In this document: positions 1 to 13,121 of the stretch, piece after piece | Position numbering within the stretch: position 1 is the stretch's first letter | How the letters are laid out: each line of letters opens with the position of its first letter | The notes under the pieces: generated by a model | What the model saw: only the letters and a program-made list of their open reading frames with translations | Told to the model about the DNA's origin: nothing | The model's database searches: none | Assembly (NCBI GenBank): GCA_052327205.1 | Contig: CM126213.1 | Coordinates: 201,810,001-201,874,000 of the forward strand | From: Somniosus microcephalus | Lineage: Eukaryota | Length of the DNA: 64,000 nt | Reading direction: 5' to 3' | Position numbers and translations under genes: made by a program

Positions 1-580
1 CAGGGCCTTGGTGTGACCACACCTTGAGTATTGTGTGCAGTTTTGGTCGCCTTATCTGAGGAAGGATGTTCTTGCCATGGAGGGAGTGCAGCGAAGATTC
101 ACCAGACTGATACCTGGGATGGCAGGAATGACGTATGAAGAGAGATTGGGTCGATTAGGCTTATATTCGCTGGAGTTTAGAAGAATGAGGGGATCTCATT
201 GAAACTTATAAAATTCTAACAGGACTAGACAGACTAGATGCAGGATGTTCCCGATGGCGGGGGAGTCCAGAACCAGGGGTCACAGTCTGAGGATAAGGGG
301 TAAGCCATTTAGGACTGAGATGAGGAGGAATTTCTTCACCCAGAGAGTGGTGAACCTGTGGAATTCTCTACCACAGAAGACAGTTGAGGCCAACTTATTA
401 AATTTATTCAAGAAGGAGTTAGATATATTTCTTAAGGCTAAAGGGATCAAGGGATATGGGGAGAAAGCAGGGACAGGGTACTGAATTTGGATGATAGGCC
501 ATGATCTCATTAAATGGCGGAACAGGCTCGAGGGGCCGAATGGCCTACTCCTGCTCCTATCTTCTATGTTTCTATGTTTT
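1..580 (+). mobile_element. CR1 LINE 3' portion (young family), cut by window edge
   Basis: RT C-terminal peptide (RNFFTQRVVNLWNSLP) and 3' UTR ending in ctatcttctatgtttctatg; near-identical to copies at 12363, 23322 and 59707. Confidence 0.9.
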
Positions 581-925
581 GACAGAGTGGATACAGAGAG
601 AATGTTTCCACTTGTGGGGAAGAGCATAACTAGAGGCCATCAATATAAGATAGTCACCAAGCAATCCAATAGGGAATTCAGAGGAAACGTTTTTACCCAA
701 AGAGTGGTGAGAATATGAAACTCGCTACCACAGGGAGTGGTTGAAGCAAATAGTATGGATGTATTTAAGGGGAGGCTGGACAAAGAAGAGGGAAATGGAA
801 GTGAGGGTTATTCTGGTACATTTAGATGAGGAAAGATAGGAGGAGACTCGAGTGGAGCATAAACACCAGCATGGAGTGGTTGGGCCGAATGGCCTGTTTC
901 TGTGCCGTATATCCTATGTTATAAT
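581..925 (+). mobile_element. CR1 LINE 3' fragment (different subfamily)
   Basis: DRVDTERMFPLVG...FTQRVVRI and a CR1-type tail (gggccgaatggcctgtttctgtg). Confidence 0.8.
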
Positions 926-994
926 GTAGGCAACGGCCACATCCAATTTCTGTATATTAAGATCTCACAAACAGCAATGATATAATTATAAATA

Positions 995-3195
995 CAGAGT
1001 AGTGATAATGGGGAGTTCAATTATCCTAATATAGACTGTGAAAATAACAGTATAATGGACAAAAACGTGGAGGAATTCCTGAAATGTGTACAAGAAAACT
1101 TTACTGATCAGTATGTTTCCAGTCCACTGAGGAAGGAAGCAGTGCTGGGTCTAGTTCTGGGGAATGAAGTGGGGTAAGTGGAGCCTGTTTCAGTAGGAGA
1201 GCATTTGGGAAGCAGTCATCACAATATCATTAGGTTTAGAGTAGTTTTGGAAAAGGCCAAGGAACAATCAAACGTAAATACTCAACTGGAGGAAGGGCTA
1301 ATTTTAGTGAGTTGAAAAGGGACCTGGCCCTGGTATCTGGATTGGAATCCAAGATTGGCAGGTAAAACAGTAAATGAGCAATGGGAGACCTTCAAAGAGG
1401 ATACAGTTCGGGTAGGGACTAGGCACATTCCCATGAGCGGGAAAGGAAGAGCACCCAAAGCTAGAGCTCCCCGGATGACTAAAGATAGAGAGGTTAAAAT
1501 GAAACAGAAAAAGGAGGCTTTTGATAAATGTCAGGTTCAAAATGCAGTAGAGAACCAAGTTGAATACAGAGTGCAGAGGGGAACTGAAAAAGGAAATAAG
1601 AGGGGCAAAGAGAGTGTATGAGAATAGATTAGCAGGTAACATAAAAGGGAACACTAAAGTCTTTTATAAACATATAAATAGTAAAAAGATAGTCAAAGGA
1701 AGGGTGGGACCGATTAGAGACTAAAAAAGGAGGCCTACTTGTGGAGGCAGAGGGCCTGGCTGAGGTGCTAAATGACTATTTTGCAACTGTCTTCACAAAA
1801 GAAGATGCTGCCAATGTTGCGGTAAAAGAGACAGTAGCGATATTGGATCGCAAAAATAGATAAAGAGGAGGTACTTAAAACGTTGGTATCGCTCAAAGTA
1901 GAGACGTCACCCCGTCCAGATGGGATGCACCCTAGTTTGCTGAGGGAAGTAAGGGTGAAAATAGCAATGGCTCTGGCCACAATCTTTCAATCCACCTGGG
2001 ATATGGGTTCAGTGCCAGAGGACTGGAGGGTTGCAAATGTTAAAGCCCTGTTCATAAAAAGGGGAGGGGGATAAACTAGGTAACTACAGGCCAGTCAGCC
2101 TAATGTTGGTGGTTGGGATACTTGTCGAGACAATAATCCAGGACAAAATTAATTGTTACTTGAAAAATCTTGGGTTAATCAATGACAGCAAGCACAGATT
2201 TGTTAAAGGCAAATCGTGTTTGACTAACTTGATCGAGTTCTTTGATGAAGTAATGCAGAGGGTTGACGAGAGTAGCGGTTGGTGTTGGTTATATGGACTT
2301 TCAAAAGGCATTTGATAAAGTACCACATAATAGACTTGTTAGCAAAATTGAAGCCCAAGGGAGTAAAGGGACAGTGGCAGCGTGGATCCGAAATTAGCTA
2401 AGGGACAGGAAGCAGAGAGTAGTGGTGAATGTTTCTTTTTCGGACTGGAGGGAAGTATACTGTGGTGTCCTCCAGGGTCGCTATTAGGACCACTGCTCTT
2501 TTTCTGACCTGGACTTGAGTATACAGGGCATAATTTCAACGTTTGCAGATGACACGAAACTCAGAAACAACGAGGAGGATAGTAGCAGACTTCAAGTGGA
2601 CATAGACTGGCGAAATGGGCAGACATATGGCAGATGAAATTTAACGCAGAGAAGTGTCAGTTGATGCATTTTGGTAGGAAGAATGAGGACAGACAATACA
2701 AACTAAATGGTACCATTTTAATGTGGGGGTGGTGGCAGGAACAGAAAGACCTGGGTGTTTACATACAGAAATATTTGAAGGGGGCAGGACAAGTGGATAA
2801 GGCCGTTAAAAAGGCATACATATTTACAAATAGGCACAGAGTTCAAAAGCAAGGAAGTTATACTACAACTTTAAATCACTGGTTAGGCCTCAACTGGAGT
2901 ATTGTGTCCTATTCTGGGTACCACAGTTTAGGAAGGATGTCAAGGCCTTAGAGAGGTTGCAGAGCAGAATTACTAGAATGGTACCAGGGATGAGGGACTT
3001 CAGTTACGTGGAGAGCCTAGAGAAGTTTATAAGGTAATTGGCAAAAGAACCAGCAGCGAGGAGTAGAATTTTTTTTTTACGCTGCGAATCATGATCTGGA
3101 ACGCACTGCCTGAAAGGGTGGTGGAAGCGCATTCAATAGCAACTTTCAAAAGGGAATTGGATAAATATGGAAGGGGAGAAAATTGCACGTCTATC
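995..3195 (+). mobile_element. Degenerate CR1 LINE ORF2 (endonuclease end through RT)
   Basis: Fragments IMGEFNYPNID, PRPDGMHP, KSCLTNLIEFF, FADDT and MKFNAEKC across frameshifts. Confidence 0.85.
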
Positions 3196-3782
3196 CTATA
3201 GCAGAGATAGCTGTGGGACAGTTGTTAACTGTGTGCACGATGCCACAGCACTCTGCTATTTCCACCCTTTCCTCACCAAACTAGGCTTCTCCATGTTCTC
3301 ATCATGCTCCTCCTCAAAGCACAGGGACAGTGGAATTCCCAGAGAGATATCTATTATTTAACCACACACAGCTCCCTTTAAATTCTCAGCAAGTTTGATA
3401 AAGTATCTTTAAATATTCAGAATCTGTAGCTCCAAAACAATGGAGCAGAGATGACCAAAAAGAAATGTAATAAGTATTTTTAAAATCATTTTGATATTTT
3501 GAGTGTTGATAGCATGTTTAGTGAAAGACAAGGGGACGATAGTGCAATGGTTATGTTACATGACTAGCAATCCAGAGGCCAGGACTAATAGAGAATGTCA
3601 TTTCAAATCCATCGTGGCACTTTAAGAAGTTAACTTCTGTTTTTTTTAAAATCTAGTCTTACAAAGCTGGTACAGACTCCACCACTTAAAATGTACACAT
3701 TTAAAATGAGCAGTTGCTTATATTAGCCAAAAAGCGATAACCATTTTCGAATTCCAGTAAGGTAAATTTCAAGGTTCCCAAT

Positions 3783-4013
3783 TGTAATGTATGTAATATA
3801 ATGTATATATATACCTTAAGGGAGAGAACTACTTTTTACAGCTCCTGTATACTGTAGTACCGGCAGTGACCATACCTGTATATAAACCCTGAGTAGTGAT
3901 CTGTACAGTTAGTTCTAGAGTAACCCTCATTCAGTAAGCACCTGTTGAATCATTCCCTGCAGTCTGTTGTCTGATTATTGAAGGACACAACATTAAGATA
4001 CACGGATATAACA
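3783..4013 (+). repeat. 5' LTR
   Basis: Begins tgtaat; direct repeat of 8695-8885 up to ...ggacacaaca (3992), with 21 extra nt ending in aca just before the PBS; contains tatataaa. Confidence 0.85.
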
Positions 4014-4014
4014 T

Positions 4015-4025
4015 TGGCGACGAGG
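4015..4025 (+). promoter_or_regulatory. Primer-binding site, complementary to tRNA-Ser(GCT) 3' end
   Basis: tggcgacgagg directly after the 5' LTR is the reverse complement of CCUCGUCGCCA. Confidence 0.8.
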
Positions 4026-4680
4026 CAGAATCGAACCTACCTGCAACTCTGCATCACCTCCCAGGGATTCGCTCCTGGAGAACAGTGGAAGAAGGTCGAG
4101 TCCAGAAGCACGGGCGTCGACCACGGGCAACCGCCCAGTCATCCAGCGGAGATTTGAGCATCGCAGGGGAGGCTGTCGAGAGCCAGGCTTGGCTTTCCAG
4201 TCACGGTGGTCCAGCGAAACGGGCTGGCAACAGGTACTGCGCAGACTCTTCCCGGACAGCGGCGGGCTTGAGCCCGACCGAGCGCCACAGAAAAAGGCCG
4301 AGCAGCGTCGATGGGGGAGAGAGAGAGGGCAGAGCGCACAGGGCGCAGCCGGTGTTCAGGACCGAGTGGCGTCAACGGGGGAGAGAGACGAGAGAGAGCA
4401 GAGCGCAGCCGGTGTTCAAGGGCCGAGCAGCGTCAACGGGGGGGGGGAAGAGAGGCGTGCAAGAAAACGCGAGGCACTGCCATTGCCACGAGGACCGCAG
4501 AGAGCGGCGTTGGCAGCAGCGCAGGAGCAGTGCGCGAAACCCACAGGGCGTCGCCATTTGCCACAAGGACCGCCGAGAGCGGCGTTGGCAGCAACGCGGA
4601 AGACGTCATTTTAAGCCGCAGTGGGGAAGAAAGGAAAGCGCGGGAGAAGCCATTTTAAGCCAGTCTAACCACACCCAAAA

Positions 4681-5529
4681 ATGCCGAAGAGTGGCAGTAT
4701 CACAGCGTTCGACAAAAAAGTCAAAGAGTGGATGACATATGTCGAACGCATAGAAGTATACTGCAAGGCAAATGAAGTGCCAGATGACAAGAAAGCGCTG
4801 GTATTGTTGAATTCAAAGGGTGCAAAAACGTATGGCTTACTACGAAACCCAGTAACCCCAGAGAAGCCAGTAGAAAAGGATTTTGAAAACATAGTGTCAA
4901 TCCTACAGGACCACTTAAACCCCACACCGCTGCTGATAGCAGAAAGATTTAAGTTTCACAAAAGGAACCAGCATAAAGATGAAAGTAATGCTGAGTATTT
5001 AACGGAACTGCGCAAGCTATCGAAACACTGCCAGTTTGGAACGGGACTAGCAGATACTTTAAGGGACAAGTTTGTGTGTGGGCTTCAAAGTGAAGGAACC
5101 CAGAAACGGCTTCTATCAGAAAAGGATCTTACGCTGGACAAGGCTTTCAGCATTGCAGTATCACACGAAGCAGCAGCATCGGGCGCTGCAGAGATACAAT
5201 GGAGACCGCAAGAATATGGCACAAATGAAATGTCATACAGAACAGTAAAGTGCTATCGCTGCGGCAGAACAACACACGACCATAATGATTGCTGGTTCAA
5301 GGACAAAGTGTGCAGACAGTGTGGAAAAGTAGGACACATAGCAAGAGTCTGCAGGTCGGGAAAGAAAACCAGCAGCAAGAAATCTCCACAGGAGAAGTAC
5401 AAGAAGGTACATAAGGTGACGGAGAGTAGTTCAGATGAACAGAAGAGTGATACAGACTCCAGAAGCAAGGAGCTGGGTTGTCTGAAACTACATAATGTGA
5501 TCAAAACGGAGGATCACCAAACTATCTAG
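4681..5529 (+). pseudogene. gag: Gypsy gag with two CCHC zinc knuckles
   Basis: W..YVER..., LRDKFVCGL, CYRCGRTTHDHNDC and CRQCGKVGHIARVC. The TAG at 5527 is followed in frame by protease ATLKIAGVQVKMELDTGSA, so it is probably a nonsense mutation in a single gag-pol ORF. Confidence 0.88.
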
Positions 5530-8495
5530 GCCACACTCAAGATAGCAGGAGTCCAAGTGAAAATGGAATTGGACACAGGATCAGCCCTTAGTCATAAACC
5601 GAAGGGACTACAAGCGGCTATTCTCACATATACCCTTGAGAGATACAAAGATTGTCTTGAAGACGTACACGGGGCAAAAAAGTCTACCCCAAAGGAAAAA
5701 TAAGGGTGAACGTTATATATAACGGCAAGGAAACACCAAAAATTGACCTATATGTATTGCCAGATGGAGGACCACCACTACTAGGACGTGAATGGATCCG
5801 GAAGATACAGCTAGATTGGCATTCCATACAAGCACTGACTGTAGATGCCAAAAAGGATGACAACGTCACACCTGGACGACTGTCAAAAATGCTAACTGAT
5901 GCACAAAGGAATGTTCCAGCAGGGACTTGGAACACTAAAAGGCATAACGGCGATGATTAAAATAGAGGAAGATGCAAGCCCAAAGTTTTTTAAGGCCAGA
6001 CCGGTACCTTATGCGGTCCGCCCAGCCGTCGAAGCAGAGCTGGAAGGTTTGGAACGTTCAGGAGTACTGTCCAAAGTGGACTGGAGCGAGTGGGCTACAC
6101 CCATCGTTCCTGTAATGAAGAGGTCGTTGAGTAATACGCCTGGGGAACCAAAGAAGGTTCGCATCTGTGGGGACTTTAAGGTGACAGTGAACCCAGTCCT
6201 TCACACTGTGCAATATCCGCTTCCGCGGATTGAAGATATTTTCGCCTCGCTATCTGGAGGGAAACGCTTCACTAAGATTGATCTGGCCCAGGCGTACCTG
6301 CAAATGGAGGTAGAAGAAGCCTCGAAACAGTACCTCACGATCAACACTCATAAAGGTCTCTACCAATACAACCGGCTGGTGTTCGGGGTAGCATCAGCTC
6401 CGGCTATTTGGCAAAGGGCAATGGAACAAGTCCTGCAAGGGATTCCAGGGACCCAGTGTTATTTGGACGACATCCTGGTCACGGGCGAAAATGACAGTGA
6501 TCACCTCGCCAACCTGGAGCAGGTGCTCACTAGATTGAAGGAATATGGGCTCCGAGCTAATCGCCACAAATGCGAGTTTTTCCAGAAGCATATCTCGTAT
6601 TGTGCCCATAAGTCCCCTGAAAAGACTGAGGCAGTAGTCAAGGCTCCAGCACCGGAAAATGTGTCACAACTGAGGTCGTTCCTCGGGCTGGTGAACTACT
6701 ACCATAAGTTCTTGCCGAATTTGTCCACCGTACTACACCCACTGAACACCCTACTGCAAATGGGGGTACTATGGAAGTGGAGTGACGAATGTAAATGAGC
6801 TTTCCAGAAGAGCAAAGCATTGATCACATCAAAAGAGGTGTTGGCTCATTTCAACCCAGCACTACCAATTCGGTTGGCGTGTGATGCATCACCCTATGGC
6901 ATTGGAGCGGTGCTGTCGCACAAATTCCCGGACGGCTCGGAGAGGCCAGTAGCCTTTGCGTCTTGGTCACTATCCTCAGCCGAGCGTAACTACGCCCAGA
7001 TTGACAGGGAGGCCGTCAGCCTAGTGTGGGGAGTGAAAAAGTTCAATCACTATCTGCACGGGCAGACGTTCACCTTGCTGACTGACCACCAACCACTTGT
7101 CTCCATCTTTAATCATAAGAAGGGCGTTCCGGTGATGACTGCGCAACGGCTACAAAGATGGTCCCTTTTTCTAGGGGCGCACCAATACGAAATCGAGTGT
7201 AAGGGCACAAAACAGCATAGAAACGCTGATGGGCTATCACGCCTGCCTCTGCCTACTGTGGAGGAAGCACCAGCAGTGGACCCTGTCGAAATATTTCATT
7301 CGACTATAATTGAATGCTTGCCAGTAACTAACGCTGGTATAGAGAAGGAGACTCAAAATGACCAGACACTGTCTCGGGTATATGATTTGACGGTGAAGGG
7401 ATGGCCAGCACATGGCGACTCACTGTTGCCAGCATTCTCATCCAGAAGAGAACAGCTGTCAGTATGCCAGGGGACCTTGATGTGTGGATCCCGAGTGGTA
7501 ATTCCACCCAAGTTAAGGGAGAGAGTGCTCAATGAGCTTCACGAAGGTCATCTGGGAGGGGTGAAAATGAAAAGCCTTGCTAGGGCTTATGTGTGGTGGC
7601 CGGGGATCGATCAGCAAATCGAGGACCTGACAAAGAGCTGCTCAGGATGCCAGAAGGTCCAAAATGCACCACCACATGCCCCTCTACACCCATGGGAGTG
7701 GCCCTCATCTCCATGGCAACGGGTGCATATTGATTTTGCTGGTCCATTCATGGACTCAATGTTTTTAATAGCCGTGGATGCGCACTCGAAATGGCCTGAG
7801 GTGATCAAAATGTCCTCCACCGCCACGGAGAAAACTATTGCAGTCCTACGGACCATATTTGCCAGAAACGGCTTGCCAGAGCAGATTTGCTCTGATAACG
7901 GACCACAGTTTGTGTCCGAAGAGTTTCGAAGATTATGGAAAGGAATGGGGTAAGGCATTACACATCCGCCCCGTATCATCCAGCCACAAATGGATTGGCT
8001 GAGAGGTTCGTACAAACCTTTAAAAAATCAGTAAAGGCCATGTGCGATGACGACATTCCACTGCAGCATAAGGTGGACAATTTCCTGTTAGCCTACAGAA
8101 ATGCAACACATGCAGTCACCAACCAGGCCCCGGCCATGATGTTCTTTAACCGAAGGTTGAGATCTCGTCTGGATTTGCTCAGACCAAATGTACGAAGAGA
8201 TGTTGAGAGTAAGCAATTCCAGCACATCAATGAGAAGCTGACAAGGAGCTTCAATGTAAGGCAACCAGTCTTGGCCCGCGACTACCGAACAGAGAAATGG
8301 CAACCAGGAACGATATGCACACGGCAGGGGCCACTAATGTACACAGTGGATGTTGGGGAGAACATTGTGAGACGCCATGCTGACCAGATCCTAGAGTCGC
8401 AGGAACGAGTCAACCCCATGTCTCGGCCATATGTACCTGGTGAGGAACCCGACGTACATGTCGCATCTACCTCAAACAATAGCATTGGAAGCTGA
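5530..8495 (+). pseudogene. pol: Gypsy pol (aspartic protease, RT, RNase H, integrase), broken
   Basis: DTG protease motif; RT WATPIVPV, RICGDFK, YLDD; RNase H LACDASPYG; integrase HH-CC (LHEGH...CSGC), HIDFAG, SDNGPQF, NGLAERFV. Split over ORFs 5899-6798, 6820-7953 and 7935-8495. Confidence 0.9.
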
Positions 8496-8680
8496 TGAAT
8501 CAACTGACGACAGGGTGCTAGAATCGCCTCCGCACCAAGAGCGAGACACTCGGGAAAGGCGTTATCCAGAAAGAATCAGGAAGCCTCCCCAGAGACTGAA
8601 TACATGAATGGACTATTTTCATATAACATTGTATATTAAAAATGTTAATTGTTAAATGAGTATTATGGTACTGTTAATCT

Positions 8681-8693
8681 AAAAGGGGAGGAA
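8681..8693 (+). promoter_or_regulatory. Polypurine tract
   Basis: aaaaggggaggaa immediately upstream of the 3' LTR. Confidence 0.85.
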
Positions 8694-8694
8694 T

Positions 8695-8885
8695 TGTAAT
8701 GTATATACCTTAAGGGAGAGAACAATTTTTTCAGCTCCTGTATACCGCAGTACCGGCAGTGACCACACCTGTATATAAACCCTGAGTAGTGATCTGTATA
8801 GTTAGTTCTAGAGTAACCCTCATTCAGTAAACACCTGTTGAATCGTTCCCTGCAGTCTGTTGTCTGATTATTGAAGGACACAACA
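8695..8885 (+). repeat. 3' LTR
   Basis: tgtaatgtatatacc...ggacacaaca; about 9 differences from the 5' LTR over ~180 bp by eye. Confidence 0.88.
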
Positions 8886-8986
8886 TTCTTAAGTGCTTTG
8901 TTTATTTTGGGCAGCAACAGTTGTGCTTACTCACTAGTTTGCACCTCGCTAAGGTGCCCTGAATGCACAAACAAACAGAAGTAAAT

Positions 8987-9465
8987 AACATAGGGAATAG
9001 GAGTAGGCCATTCAGCCCCTCAAGCCTGTTCCGCCATTCAGTTCGATCACGGATGATCTGTATCTCAACTCCATTTACCCGCCTTGGTTCCATATCCCTT
9101 AATACCCGGACCTAACATAAATCTATCAATCTCAGTTTTGATTTTTTTAATTGACTCCCAGCCTCAACAACTTTTTCAGTGGCGGGGGTGGGGGGGGGCC
9201 GGTGCGGGGAGGGAGTTTGAGATTTTCATATACCCATTGTGTCAAGAAGTGATTCCTGACATCTCCCCTGAACGGCCTAGCTCTAATTTTAAGGTTATTC
9301 TGCTTGTTCTGTGTTCCCCCCAGCAGAGGAAATGATTTATCTCTATCTACCCTATCAAATCCTTTAATTGTCTTAAACACCTCAATTAGGTCACCCCTTA
9401 ATCAATGGAATAAAAGCCTAGTCTATGGAACATGTCCTCGTAATTTAACCCTTTTAGCCCCATTA
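8987..9465 (-). mobile_element. CR1 LINE 3' fragment
   Basis: ORF 9147-9380 (FKTIKGFDRVDRDK...RNHFLTQWV) plus CR1 tail. Confidence 0.8.
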
Positions 9466-9832
9466 ACCTAGTTAAGGTGCACTGAATGAAAGACCAAACA
9501 TAAGTAAGTAACACCTCATGAGTTCAATTACCTTTTGTGTACTTAATCCCTAAACTCCTTAAAAAAAAGTGGTGTGGGGTTACAGTTTGTACTAAGCACT
9601 GACTGCAGTTTAATTAAAGCTGCAGGTCAGAGTGGAGCTGGAAATAAAAGGAACATTTTTGTTATATAGTACAGGTAGAATACTGTAATAGTGCTACCAT
9701 GTTATACTGACCATTGCGTACAGCGGGAGTGGCAGTGATTTTCAGGGGTAGTAAGTGTGTGGAAATGCAGGGAAACCTCGGTCTCTTGGCCGTATGCCTC
9801 CTGTGGAAACATTTTCTCCACGTGTACCCTAT

Positions 9833-10181
9833 TCACAGAATCACAGAAACCCCACAGTGTAGATAGAGGCCATTTCGGCCCATCAAGCCTGCACCGACAC
9901 ATATCCCACCCGATCCCTGTAACCCCTACACCAACACATATCCCACCCTATCCCCGTAACCACGTATTTAATCCCCCTAACACTAAGGGTCAATTTTTTA
10001 TCATAGCCAATCAACCTAACCCGCACATCTTTGGACTGTGGGAGGAAACCGGAGCACCCGGAGGAAACCCACGCAAACACGGGGAGAATGTGCAAACTCC
10101 ACACAGACAGTCACCCAAGGCCGGATTCGAACCCGGGTCTCTGGTGCTGTGAGGCAACAGTGCTAACCACTATGCCACCGT
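9833..10181 (-). mobile_element. HE1-type V-SINE (tRNA head, V core, CR1-derived tail)
   Basis: Minus strand: cggtggcatagtggttagcactgttgcctcacagc...ggttcgaatcc (A/B boxes), V-domain tgtgtggagtttgcacattctccccgtg...tcctccgggtgctccggtttcctcccacag, and tail ctgtgatt repeats. Confidence 0.85.
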
Positions 10182-11108
10182 TTATAAATTTAAAGATCTC
10201 AATTAAGTCACCCTTCAGCCTTCTCTTTTCTAGATGGCAAAAAGTTGAGATAAAAAGTTTGAGGAAAACCATGAGAATAGGTAGACAAATGGGGCAGACA
10301 GGAAGTTTACACAGTAGTGCGATTTAAATGATACGGTACTCCTGTCCTTATAAAACAGCATATCATTTAACCTACCATGAGCAATGCCATGGGATATCTG
10401 CTCATGTGTATAGACTCAGTACACTCCTGCTAATTCAAACAGTTTTTGTGTGCTTAAAAACTTGATTTATCAAGTAATCCAAATTAAATTAAATAACACG
10501 GGAATCCTTTAATGCGCAAAAAATAAAATTAATTCAAATTAAACAACTATAAATTAACAGAATTAGACTTGATCTGAAAATCAGTACATCTATCATACAC
10601 AGAGAAAACAGAGCGGACTCCACACTTTCGTTACACAGCCAAAGCAAACTTAAACACCACTGAACTGCCTGACATTTTCTACTCTGCAAAGTTTTCTGAT
10701 CAAACAGTTAAGTACGGGTTGGCCTAAGCCAGTGCTTACTTAACAATGATGATATTTTCTGGCTTTAAAGAAATATAGATTCACTTTAGCAGAATAATAT
10801 ATTGTGCATTACATGGTATAATAACACTGCATTAAACTAATGTTTGTCATGTGGAAAAAATGTGGGTACAAACCCTTACCCTAATACTATCACTTGTGTT
10901 TATTATACTAATATAATAAAGCAACTCACATTTCAGTAGCATATTGTGTATATTATAAACATGCATGCAATCTTCAAAGGAAACCAAATTAAAAACGTTA
11001 GCAACCCATTTATCTCGGCTTGCTTTCTCATGTCCTAACTTTATCTCTATTTCTTTGATTATACTATGTTACTCTTAAATTTCTGACAGGTCATTGACCT
11101 GAAACGTT

Positions 11109-13121
11109 GACCGCGATTTTGCCGGTGCTCAGCGGACGGGATGGGTGGCGGGTCAGCTGTGAAATTTAAAATGATTGACAGCGAGTCAGGAACCTGCTGT
11201 CAAAACGTGCACACCTGCATTTCCCAATGTCGGGTCTGCCAGTGCTGAGCAGACCCTTCAGACAATGGTGGGGCACCCAATTCAAATTATTAGTGGCTTG
11301 TTTACAGCCACTTAACAATGCTTTTTTCCCAGCTTTTTGAATTTGACAGGTCACCTACCGGTTTCCCACTGTGCCTAGACCTCATCTGTGAAGCTGAGGT
11401 CGGAGGTCACTGGCCATTGAATCAGTTGATGTGTTGACAGCTTCAAATGTCAAGTCAAAGCTCCCAGCTGTTTGAGAAATGTTCCCTTAACCATTAGTTT
11501 CTCTAAACTGCATTTCCACTAGATTCAGAATGCTGCGTCTTTACACAAGTCACCATCCAGTCTGACCTCATTCCATCTCCCACCATTGACAGATCACTTC
11601 CGTCATCTCTACTTCACCTGCCATCTATTCCATCAGCATAGGCACACTTTATACTCTCTCACCTTGGTCCTCAGAATCCCACCATGATCAACCCCAACAC
11701 CAGCCTCACCAAGCACATCAGCACCAACAACCACACCAACCTTCCCCGCAATCATCTGATGCTGCACAGGACAGAGAGCATTAGTATCCGATGACATTGC
11801 TGCCCAGGACGCCAGGCTGGCCTCACCATGGCCACATTTACTTCACTTGACGCTGCACACCCTGGCTGCCATATGATATGCCAGGTTGGCACCACCTCAC
11901 ACCAACAACATAAAGCATCCCTACAATGACCAAGCCATTCCTCTCAAACTCATCAGCATTGCAGGTGGGGGGGGGGGGGGGGGGGTACTGTTATGTCTCA
12001 CCATTCACTGCAACTCATTAAACCACTTCCAAAGGTGCACACAAATCTGTCCAAGAACGCAAAGTGTTGAATATAAAGGATTCAATGTTTGACACCACAT
12101 TAACTGAAACTTTACATGGACATTGCATAAAACAGGCTGCGTTGGTCTCCTGGGGCAGTCTCTTCCACCCATTGGAAGGGAAGAGAACCTCCCTGTGTGC
12201 TGTGACTCCCTCCATAAGCATGGGAGAGCCTTGGTGCAGCCCTGCACAACTGTGCAGTGCTCGTCAGTGTTTGCTGCACCTCAATGCTGTAGAACACTGA
12301 CAGCACAAATGTCGAAGTAAATTTGTGCATGGTCCCTTTAAGGAAATCAAATGATGTCATCAGTCTTGCTGCAGTTGTACAGGGCCTTGGTGAGACCACA
12401 CCTTGAGTATTGTGCGCAGTTTTGGTCGCCTTATCTGAGGAAGGATGTTCTTGCCATGGAGGGAGTGCAGCGAAGATTCACCAGGCTGATACCTGGGATG
12501 GCAGGAATGACGTATGAGGAGAGATTGGGTCGATTGGGCTTATACTCGCTGGAGTTTAGAAGAATGAGAGGGGATCTCATTGAAACTTATAAAATTCTAA
12601 CAGGACTGGACAGACTGGATGCAGGAAGGATGTTCCCGATGGCCGGGGAGTCCAGAACCAGGGGTCACAGTCTAAGGATAAGGGGTAAGCCATTTAGGAC
12701 AGAGATGAGGAGGAATATCTTCACCCAGAGAGTGCTGAACCTGTGGAATTCACTGCCACAGAAGGCAGTGGAGGCCAATTCATTAAATATATTCAAGAAG
12801 GAGTTGGATATATTTCTTAAGGCTAAAGGGATCAAGGGATACGGGGAGAAGGCAGGGACAGGGTACTGAATTTGGATGATCAGCCATGATCTCATTGAAT
12901 GGCGGAGCAGGCTCGAGGGGCCAAATGGCCTACTCTTGCTCCTATCTTCTATATTTCTATTACCTGCTTCCTCCAATTGGCCGGAAAACCCGCTGGGTGG
13001 GCTTAACAAGCCCAATCAGGGGAAAGTCACGTTGGCGGCCAGGATCGAGACAGCAGTGGGGCCGAGACCCGCCACTGACGTCGCCCGCCACAGATCCGCC
13101 GAGGTAGGGAAAATCTCGGCC
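11109..13121 (+). mobile_element. Non-autonomous PIF/Harbinger DNA transposon (internally deleted) containing a CR1 insertion
   Basis: Imperfect TIRs gaccgcgatttt / aaaatctcggcc, 3-bp flanks gtt/att, Myb/SANT remnant on minus strand (RAAPRLS; ORF 12112-12399). It splits a Penelope-type tail (gacctgaaacgtt | aactctgtttctctctccac). Confidence 0.75.
12363..12960 (+). mobile_element. CR1 LINE 3' fragment (young family)
   Basis: ORF 12351-12869 LYRALVRPHLEYCAQFWSP...; the host motif gatgtcatca|acctgcttcc is interrupted. Confidence 0.9.

Larger units (their letters stand above)
3783..8885 (+). mobile_element. Gypsy/Ty3 LTR retrotransposon (Mag-type), full-length but inactivated
   Basis: Two ~190-230 bp LTRs (TGT...ACA), PBS, PPT, and gag-PR-RT-RH-IN in Gypsy order, with stops and frameshifts. 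Confidence 0.93.

Noticed and set aside
280-627. Recurrent antisense ORFs (also 12665-13015, 59768-59998)
   Set aside because: Shadows of near-identical young CR1 copies.
5527-5529. Programmed gag-pol readthrough at TAG
   Set aside because: More simply a TGG(Trp)>TAG mutation in an element with several other disablements.
10100-10181. tRNA gene
   Set aside because: tRNA-derived SINE head continuous with V core and CR1 tail.
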